DNA of 58,480 nucleotides. Source: Oscillospiraceae bacterium. GTDB lineage: Bacteria > Bacillota > Clostridia > Oscillospirales > CAG-272. A program made the position numbers and the translations under genes. Location of the stretch: positions 1 through 58,480 of the forward strand of contig SVQV01000001.1 in the NCBI GenBank assembly GCA_015065175.1. The letters are read 5' to 3'. The number at the start of each line of letters is the position of its first letter. Within the stretch, counting starts at the first letter, position 1. Below, piece after piece: positions 18,236 through 26,613 of this stretch. The notes beneath the pieces were generated by a model. That model was not told the DNA's origin. It worked only from the letters and a program-made list of their open reading frames with translations, and searched no databases.

Positions 18236-19072
18236 TCATTCTATATGTCCTATGTATTTGAGGTAGGAAATGAGCAGACCGTTCCATTGGCTTAAGTGAT
18301 CCTGAAGCTTTTTCGGGAATGTATCGGCGTTTTTGTTGCCGTGACCGAGTCCAAGGCCGTGACCGCCATCGGGGAATATATGCATTTCGACGGGAACATT
18401 CTTGCGGCGAAGCGTACTCGCATAAGCATAGCTGTTTATTACGTTTACGCTTCTATCCTCGGCTGTGTGCCATATAAACGCCTGAGGTGTCTTTTCGTCT
18501 GCTATCAGATCGGGGGAAACATTTGGAGCGAAATCAAGATTATCCTCTCCCAAAAGGTTAAGTCCGGAGCCTCTGTGCCAGATAGTATCGTCTACCGTGC
18601 TTATTACGGGGTAGCAGAGTATTTGCGCGTTGGGAATATAAGTTTCTTTGTCTATCTCATCGACGCCTTCACCCGCTATTTCGTTTCTGTAGGTGGAAAC
18701 GAGCGCCGCAAGGTGACCGCCTGCCGAAGAGCCCATAACGGAAACAAGAGAAGGGTCAATTCCAAATTTTTCGGCATAATAACGGACGAAGCGTACAGCG
18801 CGTCTTGCGTCGCAGAGAGGAGCAGGGAAAACCTCGGGCTTTACACGGTAATCCACAACAAAAGCGTTAATTCCGTTTTCGGTCAGATATTCAGCATATC
18901 CGAGACCCTCATGCACAGCACGGCTTACATATCCTCCGCCGGGGAAGATTATGACTGCGCCGCGACAGCCCTTTTTCTTTGCGGGATAATAATGAATAAG
19001 AGTTGAATTTTTGTCCTCCTCCCAAAGACGGTATTCGGGAAGGCTTGCGTCAAAATCCTTTAATTCTAACAT
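18236..19072 (-). CDS. Alpha/beta hydrolase (esterase), paralog 3
   Basis: 278 aa. IFPGGGY, GSSAGGH, FPDGGHG. Collinear with paralogs 1 and 2. Confidence 0.75.
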   Translation of the reverse strand: MLELKDFDASLPEYRLWEEDKNSTLIHYYPAKKKGCRGAVIIFPGGGYVSRAVHEGLGYAEYLTENGINAFVVDYRVKPEVFPAPLCDARRAVRFVRYYAEKFGIDPSLVSVMGSSAGGHLAALVSTYRNEIAGEGVDEIDKETYIPNAQILCYPVISTVDDTIWHRGSGLNLLGEDNLDFAPNVSPDLIADEKTPQAFIWHTAEDRSVNVINSYAYASTLRRKNVPVEMHIFPDGGHGLGLGHGNKNADTFPKKLQDHLSQWNGLLISYLKYIGHIE

Positions 19073-19095
19073 AACAAACTCACTTTCATATAAAT

Positions 19096-19785
19096 TTATA
19101 AAGAACGCTCACCTAAGCGTATATAAAGCGATGAAACAAAGTAGCCCATAAGAAATACGAGCAGAAGGAAAACATAATCAAAAATGATGCTCCATATTTC
19201 AGTATTGTAAATAACACCGAACTGAGCCGATACAAAGCTCACTGTGTAGGCTATTTCTCTGACAAGCTCGAAAAGGAAAAGAGTTGCGCTTGAAGCGAGA
19301 GAAACTACAGATGTAAAGTTCTCATTTTGAGAAAATGTAACGTTTTGTTTGCATTTTACGGCTTTTGACAGGCAAAAGACAAAGAAAACCGCAAATGATA
19401 CGAGGCAAAGCAGAAGAACTGTTCCGCATTCGGAGAGCGCACCTATTGCGGATGAGGGCAAAAGAAACGCGCTGTCCTCAAAAGTGCCGTATGACAGTAC
19501 AAAGGATAAAAATATTCTTATAAGGTCGAAGAAAAAGAAGGTGAGCAGGAGCAGAAGCGAAAAAAGAACTTTTTTGTGCAAAAGCATAACGCAGATGTAT
19601 GCGCACCACATAAAATACAGAGCATAGCTCAAGGCTCTTGAAATATAGTAGACCGCAGGCATAAGCAGGCTTCCGCTCTCCTGTAAAAGCTCGGTAACGA
19701 GGGACAGTCCCAGAAGCAGAGCAATGACGGCAAGCGTAGGAAGCGCGAGAAGCACAAGAGAGTCGAAAAACAGTTTTTTGTTCAT
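19096..19785 (-). CDS. Hypothetical polytopic membrane protein
   Basis: ORF 19096..19824 has a GTG start and no SD. The internal ATG at 19785 (MNKKLFF...) has GGAG upstream. About 6 hydrophobic helices. I recognise no family. First gene of the esterase operon. Confidence 0.45.
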   Translation of the reverse strand: MNKKLFFDSLVLLALPTLAVIALLLGLSLVTELLQESGSLLMPAVYYISRALSYALYFMWCAYICVMLLHKKVLFSLLLLLTFFFFDLIRIFLSFVLSYGTFEDSAFLLPSSAIGALSECGTVLLLCLVSFAVFFVFCLSKAVKCKQNVTFSQNENFTSVVSLASSATLFLFELVREIAYTVSFVSAQFGVIYNTEIWSIIFDYVFLLLVFLMGYFVSSLYIRLGERSL

Positions 19786-19926
19786 ACATAGCTCCGAAAA
19801 TAAACTTTTTATATATTTTATCACAGTTTAAGGTTAAAAACAAGACTTATTTAAAACTTTATGGTATAGATTTTCTTTTCTCGGAATAAATTTGTATTAT
19901 CATGGAAGAAAAGGCGGAAAACCGAC

Positions 19927-20850
19927 TTGGAAAGCTTTGACTATTCATCTTATTTAAAGGAAAACGAAGGCGCATTGACATATGAAAAAGCGAATGAATA
20001 CATAATAAAGCTGACATCAGACAATCCCGTTATGAAGTCGGGTGTCATCGGGAAAAGCATTTTAGGTAATAACCTCAATATGCTAACGGCAGGCGAAGGC
20101 AGACGGAGATATTTATTCGTTTCGGCGCATCACGCTATGGAATGGATAACTTCGGCAGTGTTGCTTCGTTTTATCGGAGAATTTAACGAAAGAATATTAA
20201 AAAAGGAAAGTATATTCGGAATTGACCCTTTGGACGCACTCTCGAATGGGCGCTTCGTGTTTGTACCTATGCTTAATCCCGACGGTGTTGATTTACATAT
20301 AAAAGGAATAGAGGCGGGCGGCATTCTGAGCGAGAGACTGCTTAAAATGAACGGGGGCGAGGATTTTTCACATTGGCAGGCAAACGCAAGAGGGGTAGAC
20401 TTGAACCATAACTATGATGCGGGATTTTATGAGTATAAAAGGCTTGAAAGGGAGAACGGAATAAATGCGGGAGCTACGCGCTACAGCGGAGAATATCCCG
20501 AGTCCGAGCCCGAGTGCCGCGCGCTCTGCAATCTTATACGGGCGCTTTCTCCCGATGTAATTTATACATTTCACACACAGGGCGAAGAAATCTATTTTGC
20601 AAGCGGAGACTGCGTTACACCCGAAAGCGAAAGGATAGGAAAAGCGCTCTCGGAGAAGAGCGGATATGCGCTTTCCTCTCCCGAAGGTCTCGCCTCATAC
20701 GGAGGACTTACCGATTGGGCTATATGTAAAATGAATATACCTTCATTTACTGTAGAGTGCGGAAAAGGAGAAAATCCCTTGCCGCCAAGCGATGCGGATA
20801 AAATATATGAGACTCTCAAAGAGATGCTTTTTGCTTCTCTTACATTATAA
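19927..20850 (+). CDS. M14 family metallopeptidase (gamma-D-glutamyl-meso-diaminopimelate peptidase-like)
   Basis: 307 aa with a TTG start. HHAMEW (H..E zinc motif), NPDG, and VDLNHNY, as in Bacillus endopeptidase I / YqgT-type enzymes. Confidence 0.7.
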   Translation: MESFDYSSYLKENEGALTYEKANEYIIKLTSDNPVMKSGVIGKSILGNNLNMLTAGEGRRRYLFVSAHHAMEWITSAVLLRFIGEFNERILKKESIFGIDPLDALSNGRFVFVPMLNPDGVDLHIKGIEAGGILSERLLKMNGGEDFSHWQANARGVDLNHNYDAGFYEYKRLERENGINAGATRYSGEYPESEPECRALCNLIRALSPDVIYTFHTQGEEIYFASGDCVTPESERIGKALSEKSGYALSSPEGLASYGGLTDWAICKMNIPSFTVECGKGENPLPPSDADKIYETLKEMLFASLTL

Positions 20851-20866
20851 TATACAGAGGTGAGCT

Positions 20867-21169
20867 ATGAAGGACTGTAATACCGAAAATTTCAGAGAAA
20901 AGGCAGTTGTAAATTCCTGTGACGGAAAAATCATCGGACATGTGGCAGAGATAATTTTTGACGTATGCGACGGAAAAATAACCGCCATTGTGGTGAGAGA
21001 GGAGTGCGGCGTGCTTTCATTCAAGAAAAGTGAGGATATAATTATTCCGTGGTGTAAAATAACAAAAATAGGAGAAGATGTAATCATAGTGAATGCAGAG
21101 GACTGCTTTCCAAAGGGGAAATGCGGGAAAAAGCATAATGACAAGGATGACGGGTGCTGTGATACTTGA
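20867..21169 (+). CDS. YlmC/YmxH family sporulation protein (PRC-barrel) with Cys-rich C-terminal tail
   Basis: 100 aa. VVNSCDGKIIGHVAEIIFDVCDGKITAIVV...IIPWCKITKIGEDVIIV matches the YlmC/YmxH pattern. The extra tail is CFPKGKCGKKHNDKDDGCCDT. Confidence 0.7.
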   Translation: MKDCNTENFREKAVVNSCDGKIIGHVAEIIFDVCDGKITAIVVREECGVLSFKKSEDIIIPWCKITKIGEDVIIVNAEDCFPKGKCGKKHNDKDDGCCDT

Positions 21170-21207
21170 ATAAAATTGTAAATTTATTATGAATTTGCAA
21201 AAAATGC

Positions 21208-21236
21208 TTGCTATTTTATAATAAATATGGTATTAT
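21208..21236 (+). promoter_or_regulatory. Putative sigma-A promoter of rpsB-tsf
   Basis: TTGCTA (21208-21213), a 17-nt spacer, and TATTAT (21231-21236). This leaves a leader of about 120 nt. Confidence 0.5.
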
Positions 21237-21362
21237 CTCTTTATCTGCCAAAGAGCAGAAAAATAAATCTCACATAATGTGTGTGTGCCGTCGGTGCTTC
21301 GTATGAGGTAGCGGCACTGTATCGCATTGTGGCGGAATAACCAAATTAAGGAGGAACATAAA

Positions 21363-22142
21363 ATGTTCGTAGTATCCATCAAGCAGTTGCTTGAAGCAGG
21401 TGTTCATTTCGGACACCCCACAAAGAAGTGGAATCCTAAAATGGATGAATACATCTTCACCATGAGAAACGGTATCCACATCATCGACCTTCAGAAGACA
21501 GTAAAGAAATTCGAGGAGGCTTACACATTTGTACGTAACATCTCCGAAGAGGGCGGCACAGTTCTTTTCGTTGGTACAAAGAAGCAGGCAGCCGACACCA
21601 TTAAGGAAGAGGCTCTTAAGTGCGGAATGTACTATGTAAACGTGCGTTGGCCCGGCGGTATGCTCACAAACTTCAAGACTATCAGAAAGAGCATCAACCG
21701 TTTGAAGGAGCTTCAGAGAATGGAAGCTGACGGAACCTTCAATCTCCTTCCCAAGAAGGAAGTTTCCAAGCTCGTTAAGGAGATGGAAGACCTCGATAAG
21801 AACTACGGCGGTATCAAGGAAATGGAAACTCTTCCTTCCGCATTGTTCGTAGTTGATACACGTAAAGAGAGAATCGCTGTTCTCGAAGCTAAGAAGCTTG
21901 GCATTCCCGTAATCGCTATCGTAGATACAAACTGCGATCCCGACGATGCTGACTATATCATCCCCGGTAACGATGACGCTATCCGCGCTATCAAGCTTAT
22001 CGGCGGTGCATTGGCTGATGCTGTTATCGAGGGCAGAGGCGGAGAACAGCTCACAGACGCTCCCGCAGCAGAGGAAGCAGCAGAAGCAGTTGCTGAGGAA
22101 GTTGCCGAGGAAGCTGAAGCTACAGAAGCTGCCGCTGAGTAA
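21363..22142 (+). CDS. rpsB: 30S ribosomal protein S2
   Basis: ORF 21327..22142. AAGGAGG precedes the ATG at 21363 ([18 protein letters not shown]). Canonical S2 sequence with an acidic C-terminal tail. Confidence 0.97.
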   Translation: MFVVSIKQLLEAGVHFGHPTKKWNPKMDEYIFTMRNGIHIIDLQKTVKKFEEAYTFVRNISEEGGTVLFVGTKKQAADTIKEEALKCGMYYVNVRWPGGMLTNFKTIRKSINRLKELQRMEADGTFNLLPKKEVSKLVKEMEDLDKNYGGIKEMETLPSALFVVDTRKERIAVLEAKKLGIPVIAIVDTNCDPDDADYIIPGNDDAIRAIKLIGGALADAVIEGRGGEQLTDAPAAEEAAEAVAEEVAEEAEATEAAAE

Positions 22143-22185
22143 TTCTGCAATCTTTAAAAAATAAAATATAAGGAGAATTAAATAT

Positions 22186-23103
22186 ATGGCATTCACAGCA
22201 AAAGACGTAGCCGAGCTCAGAAGACAGACCGGTTGCGGTATGATGGACTGCAAAAATGCGCTTGTTGCCGCAGACGGTAACTTCGAAGAGGCTATTAAGG
22301 TTCTTCGTGAAAAGGGTATGGCTGCTACAGCTAAGAAGGCAAGCAGAATTGCCGCAGAGGGTGTAGTTGCTATCCTTACAGAGAACAACACTACCGCTAT
22401 GGTAGAGGTTAACTCTGAGACAGACTTCGTTGCAAAGAATGAAACATTCCAGGCATTTGTAAAGGATATTCTTAAGGCTATTTTGGCTAACCGTCCCGCA
22501 GACGTTGACGCTCTTATGGCTAACAAGATAAACGACACACAGACAGTTAAGGAAGCTCTTGAGGAAAAGACCTTCACTATAGGTGAGAAGCTTAGCCTCA
22601 GACGTTTCATTATTGTTGACGGTATCGTAAGCACATATGTTCACGGTATCGGCGCTACAGGCGTTATCATTAAGTTCGAGACAGACGAAAAGACAGCAGC
22701 TACCGCTGAATTCGCAGAGTTCTCCAAGAACATTGCGCTTCAGGCAGCAGCAATGCCCAGCCTTTATCTCGATAAGGAGTCCGTTCCCGCATCCGCTCTT
22801 GAAGAGGAGAAGGAAATTCTCTCTAAGCAGATGGAACAGGATCCTAAGTTCGCAGGCAAGCCCCAGAAGGTTCTTGACGGAATTATCATGGGCAAGCTCG
22901 GCAAGTTCTACGAGACAAACTGCTTAATGGAGCAGTCTTACGTTAAGGACGATTCCTTGACAGTTGGCAAGTACGTTGCCGCAACCGCTAAAGCGCTTGG
23001 CGCAGACATCAAGGTTGTTGCTTTCTACCGCTACGATAAGGGCGAAGGCATCCAGAAGCGCGAAGAGAACTTTGCAGAAGAGATTGCAAAGCTCGTAAAA
23101 TAA
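22186..23103 (+). CDS. tsf: Translation elongation factor Ts
   Basis: 305 aa. N-terminal UBA-like LRRQTGCGMMDCKNAL, and canonical EF-Ts dimerisation domains. Confidence 0.97.
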   Translation: MAFTAKDVAELRRQTGCGMMDCKNALVAADGNFEEAIKVLREKGMAATAKKASRIAAEGVVAILTENNTTAMVEVNSETDFVAKNETFQAFVKDILKAILANRPADVDALMANKINDTQTVKEALEEKTFTIGEKLSLRRFIIVDGIVSTYVHGIGATGVIIKFETDEKTAATAEFAEFSKNIALQAAAMPSLYLDKESVPASALEEEKEILSKQMEQDPKFAGKPQKVLDGIIMGKLGKFYETNCLMEQSYVKDDSLTVGKYVAATAKALGADIKVVAFYRYDKGEGIQKREENFAEEIAKLVK

Positions 23104-23125
23104 TTAAAAAGCTGATTAAGCATAC

Positions 23126-23163
23126 AAAATCGGCAAGGGCTCGTTCCCTTGCCGATTTTATTT
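23126..23163 (+). terminator. Intrinsic terminator after tsf
   Basis: AAAATCGGCAAGGG-CTCGTT-CCCTTGCCGATTTTATTT. A perfect GC-rich stem plus a T-run. Confidence 0.85.
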
Positions 23164-23179
23164 CTGCCCACAAGACTTT

Positions 23180-23400
23180 AAAATTGCAATTTGTCGGTGA
23201 GGCAACATCACAAATTCGGTAGGTGTCGCCCACCCCGATATTTGCATCCCTTGGGATGCTTATCCCTGTGGGAAATCAAAATTTGAAAGCGAATCTCTAC
23301 GACGTTTAAATAAAAAATATTTCTTTAAGGTTTTTTGAAGAGTTTGAGGGACTTTTTTGCAAAAAAGTCCCTCAAGAAAAAGACCGACAAATCAAAATTT
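23180..23400. repeat. Inverted-repeat pair bounding a ~220-bp noncoding segment (MITE-like or paired binding sites)
   Basis: Left AAAATTGCAATTTGTCGGT (23180-23198) versus the reverse complement of ACCGACAAATCAAAATTT (23383-23400). The inner 10 nt are identical (ATTTGTCGGT), and about 15 of 18 match overall. Confidence 0.45.
23344..23375. repeat. Perfect 32-bp palindrome TTGAGGGACTTTTTTGCAAAAAAGTCCCTCAA
   Basis: Read directly. The 15-bp arms (23344-23358 / 23361-23375) surround a self-complementary GC centre. Confidence 0.9.
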
Positions 23401-23603
23401 AGGGTAGGTTGGAATTTAGTGATATTTAAGGATGAAAACACGGGGCTTGGCGATTATTTTACGGCTTAATTGTTAATTATATTATTTTTTGATATTTTTT
23501 TTGGAAAAAGTGTTTACAAAATCGAGTTTTTGAAGTAAAATAGTAATTGTAGTATTATAAATATTTGAAAGGAATTTTCCGATAGCGGAAATGCAGTTGA
23601 AGT

Positions 23604-24323
23604 ATGGAAAACACATCTCCCAAATACAAGAGAATTTTGTTAAAGCTCTCGGGCGAAGCACTTGCCGCAGGTACGAAAGAGCTTGTTGATGAAAAGTTCG
23701 TACACGAGATAGCCGAGGTGTTGAAGAAATGTCTTTCGGCAGGAATCGAAATAGGCATTATAGTCGGAGCAGGAAACATATGGAGAGGCAGACAGGGCAA
23801 GAATATGGACCCCGTGAGAGCCGATCATATGGGAATGCTCGCAACCTCGATAAATGCCCTTGCCTTGCAGGATGCCTTTGAGCGTGACGGAATAGATGCG
23901 AGAGTTATGACCTCGTTTGACATAAAGGCGGTAGCAGAGCCATACATAAGAGCCAAGGCGGTTTCACATCTTAAAAAGGGAAGAGTTGTTATATTCGGCT
24001 GCGGACTCGGTTCTCCCTTCTTCTCGACTGATACGGCTGCCGCGTTGAGAGCGGCTGAGATAGATGCTGACGTTATTCTTATGGCTAAGAACGTAGACGG
24101 CATTTATACGGCAGACCCCAATGTAGACAAGACCGCTAAGAAGCTTGATTTTATAAGCTATAAGGACATTCTTTCGGGAGGTCTTAAGGCGATAGACTCT
24201 ACCGCCACCGCACTCTGTATGGACAGAAACATACCGATACTCGTTTTCGGTCTTGATCGCGCTGAAAATATTTACCGTGCCGCAATGGGTGAAAACCTCG
24301 GTACTGTAGTAAGCAACGGTTAA
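23604..24323 (+). CDS. pyrH: UMP kinase
   Basis: 239 aa. YKRILLKLSGEAL, GAGNIWRG, and the amino-acid kinase fold. Confidence 0.95.
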   Translation: MENTSPKYKRILLKLSGEALAAGTKELVDEKFVHEIAEVLKKCLSAGIEIGIIVGAGNIWRGRQGKNMDPVRADHMGMLATSINALALQDAFERDGIDARVMTSFDIKAVAEPYIRAKAVSHLKKGRVVIFGCGLGSPFFSTDTAAALRAAEIDADVILMAKNVDGIYTADPNVDKTAKKLDFISYKDILSGGLKAIDSTATALCMDRNIPILVFGLDRAENIYRAAMGENLGTVVSNG

Positions 24324-24364
24324 TTAAAAAATATAAAGTAAACAAACATAAAGGAGATTTTATT

Positions 24365-24919
24365 ATGAAACTTGAACTTAAGGATTACGAAGCAAAAATG
24401 AAAAAGAGCATTGACTCTTACGTGCAGACTCTTTCTTCTATGAGAGCAGGCAGAGCTACTCCCGACGTGCTTTCCAAAATCACGGTAGACTATTACGGCG
24501 CTCCCACTGCTATAAATCAGTTGGCAGATGTTAAGGCAGCAGATGCAAGAACGCTTGTTATCTCTCCTTGGGATGCTTCCACTCTCAAGAATATGGAGAA
24601 GGCAATTCTCGCATCTGACCTCGGAATCACACCTCAGAATGACGGTAAGGTAATACGCCTCGCTTTCCCTCAGCTCACAGAGGACAGACGTAAGGAAATG
24701 GCTAAGCAGATATCCAAGATGGGTGAGGAGGCAAAGGTTGCTATCCGTAACATCCGCCGTGACGCTAACGATGCTATAAAGGCAGCGAAGAAGAACAGCG
24801 AAATGACAGAGGATGAGGCTAAGGCAAGCGATAAGGCAACACAGGACCTGACAGATAAGTACGTCAAGGAAATCGACAGCATCACAGCAGCAAAGACCAA
24901 AGAAATTATGGAGATATAA
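24365..24919 (+). CDS. frr: Ribosome recycling factor
   Basis: 184 aa. RAGRATPDVL, VDYYG, IRNIRRDAND. Confidence 0.97.
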   Translation: MKLELKDYEAKMKKSIDSYVQTLSSMRAGRATPDVLSKITVDYYGAPTAINQLADVKAADARTLVISPWDASTLKNMEKAILASDLGITPQNDGKVIRLAFPQLTEDRRKEMAKQISKMGEEAKVAIRNIRRDANDAIKAAKKNSEMTEDEAKASDKATQDLTDKYVKEIDSITAAKTKEIMEI

Positions 24920-24929
24920 GCTCTCTCTT

Positions 24930-25646
24930 ATGATATTTAAAAAGAAAAGCAAGGTCGCCGTCAATGCGGATAAAAAGCTTTCGCATATCGCTTTTATCAT
25001 GGACGGCAACGGCAGATGGGCTAAAAAAAGAGGAATGCCACGTGAATACGGACACGTAAAGGGCGCGGAGAACTTTCAGAGAGTAGTAAGGCATTGCGGA
25101 GACATCGGAATAAACACCGTAACGGTCTACGCCTTTTCGACCGAAAATTGGAACAGACCCGAAAACGAGGTTGCTCAGCTTATGAAGCTGCTCTATCAGT
25201 ATATTGACAGCGCGGTAAGAGAGCTTGAGAAAAATGAAATACGCTTCATTTTCTTGGGCGGTAAGGAGAAGCTCTCTCCTGAATTGCGAGAAAGAATGGA
25301 GGAGCTTGAAAGGCTTTCCGAAAAATATTCTCTTACACTCAATATAGCGCTTAATTACGGCGGCAGAGATGAGATCGTCCACGCCTGCAATTCTCTTATA
25401 AAAGAAGGTAAAACAGAGGTGACCGAGCAGGACATTTCCTCACATCTTTACACGAAGCAAAGCCCCGACCCCGACCTTGTAGTAAGAACCGGCGGAGATT
25501 TCCGTATCTCCAATTTCCTTCTGTGGCAGTCGGCATATGCGGAGTATTATTTTACAAAAACACTCTGGCCCGACCTTGACTCGAAGGAAATAGACGCTAT
25601 AGTGGAAAACTTCTGCACACGGCACAGACGCTTCGGCGGACTTTGA
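24930..25646 (+). CDS. uppS: Isoprenyl transferase (undecaprenyl diphosphate synthase)
   Basis: 238 aa. IMDGNGRWA, FSTENW.RP, and RTGG..R.SNFLLWQ.AY.E motifs. Confidence 0.95.
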   Translation: MIFKKKSKVAVNADKKLSHIAFIMDGNGRWAKKRGMPREYGHVKGAENFQRVVRHCGDIGINTVTVYAFSTENWNRPENEVAQLMKLLYQYIDSAVRELEKNEIRFIFLGGKEKLSPELRERMEELERLSEKYSLTLNIALNYGGRDEIVHACNSLIKEGKTEVTEQDISSHLYTKQSPDPDLVVRTGGDFRISNFLLWQSAYAEYYFTKTLWPDLDSKEIDAIVENFCTRHRRFGGL

Positions 25647-25673
25647 TTTTATCATACTTACGGATTTATTGAT

Positions 25674-26504
25674 ATGAAAACAAGAATAATCACGGCAATA
25701 GTATTGCTGAGTGTTTTTATCCCCGTGCTTGTTTTTTCGGATACGGTGGTTTTTCCTGCCGTGATCTCGATAATCTCGCTTGTGGCGGTATTTGAGTATT
25801 TGAAGTGCTTGGGATTTGATAAAAAATATGCAGTTTCAGTACCTGCGTATTTGCTCTCACTTGCACTGCCGCTTGCGGCGGAATTTAAAAGCGACACAGG
25901 CTTTGTTTTAATAACGGCGGCGGTATTTTCTGTATACCTTTTTTATCTGTTTGCCTATGCGGTATTTAAAAGAGGTAAGCTTTTATATTCTTCGGTAACA
26001 TCTGTTTTTACGGGAATATTCTATATCGTCGGAGCTATGGTGTGTGTCGTTTTACTCAGACGCACAGAGGGCGGAGAATATCTTTATCTGCTCATCTTCA
26101 TTTCGGCATGGATAACAGACACGTTTGCCTATTTTACAGGCAGATTTTTCGGAAAGCATAAGCTGATAGAGGAGATAAGCCCTAAAAAAACGGTGGAGGG
26201 AAGTATTGGCGGCACTTTGTTCTGCATTCTTTCCTACCTTTTGTTCGGCTTCATTGTGGGCAGAATTTACGAAATTACTCCCAATTATCCCGTGCTTGCG
26301 CTTTCCGCGCTTGCGGTCTCGCTTGTCGCACAGATAGGAGACCTCATCTTTTCACTTATAAAAAGAGAACACGGTATAAAGGACTACGGAAAAATTTTCC
26401 CGGGACACGGAGGAATGCTTGACCGTATGGACTCTATAATTCCCGTTGCCTTTATGCTTTATATTCTCGTTTCGATAGGCGGAGGTTTTTCCTTCTTCGC
26501 TTAA
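25674..26504 (+). CDS. cdsA: Phosphatidate cytidylyltransferase
   Basis: 276 aa, multi-TM. CTP-transferase signature SPKKTVEGSIGG...KR..GIKD.G...PGHGG.LDR.DS. Confidence 0.9.
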   Translation: MKTRIITAIVLLSVFIPVLVFSDTVVFPAVISIISLVAVFEYLKCLGFDKKYAVSVPAYLLSLALPLAAEFKSDTGFVLITAAVFSVYLFYLFAYAVFKRGKLLYSSVTSVFTGIFYIVGAMVCVVLLRRTEGGEYLYLLIFISAWITDTFAYFTGRFFGKHKLIEEISPKKTVEGSIGGTLFCILSYLLFGFIVGRIYEITPNYPVLALSALAVSLVAQIGDLIFSLIKREHGIKDYGKIFPGHGGMLDRMDSIIPVAFMLYILVSIGGGFSFFA

Positions 26505-26613
26505 TAAAACAGACAAGGGCTGTCTAAAGCAAATTCGCATTTAGTCCGTATGGAATTCTACACGTGCGATTTTTTATGCGGACAGCCTTCTTTCTTCCAT
26601 AGGAGAGAAAAAT

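Noticed and set aside
21270-22634. A 454-aa ORF on the minus strand spanning rpsB and tsf, plus a 174-aa ORF at 22120..22644.
   Set aside because: It is antisense to two unmistakable, highly conserved genes (S2, EF-Ts). The translation is low-complexity and Ser/Leu/Cys-rich with no recognisable motif, and there is no RBS. It is a typical shadow ORF caused by codon bias of the sense strand.
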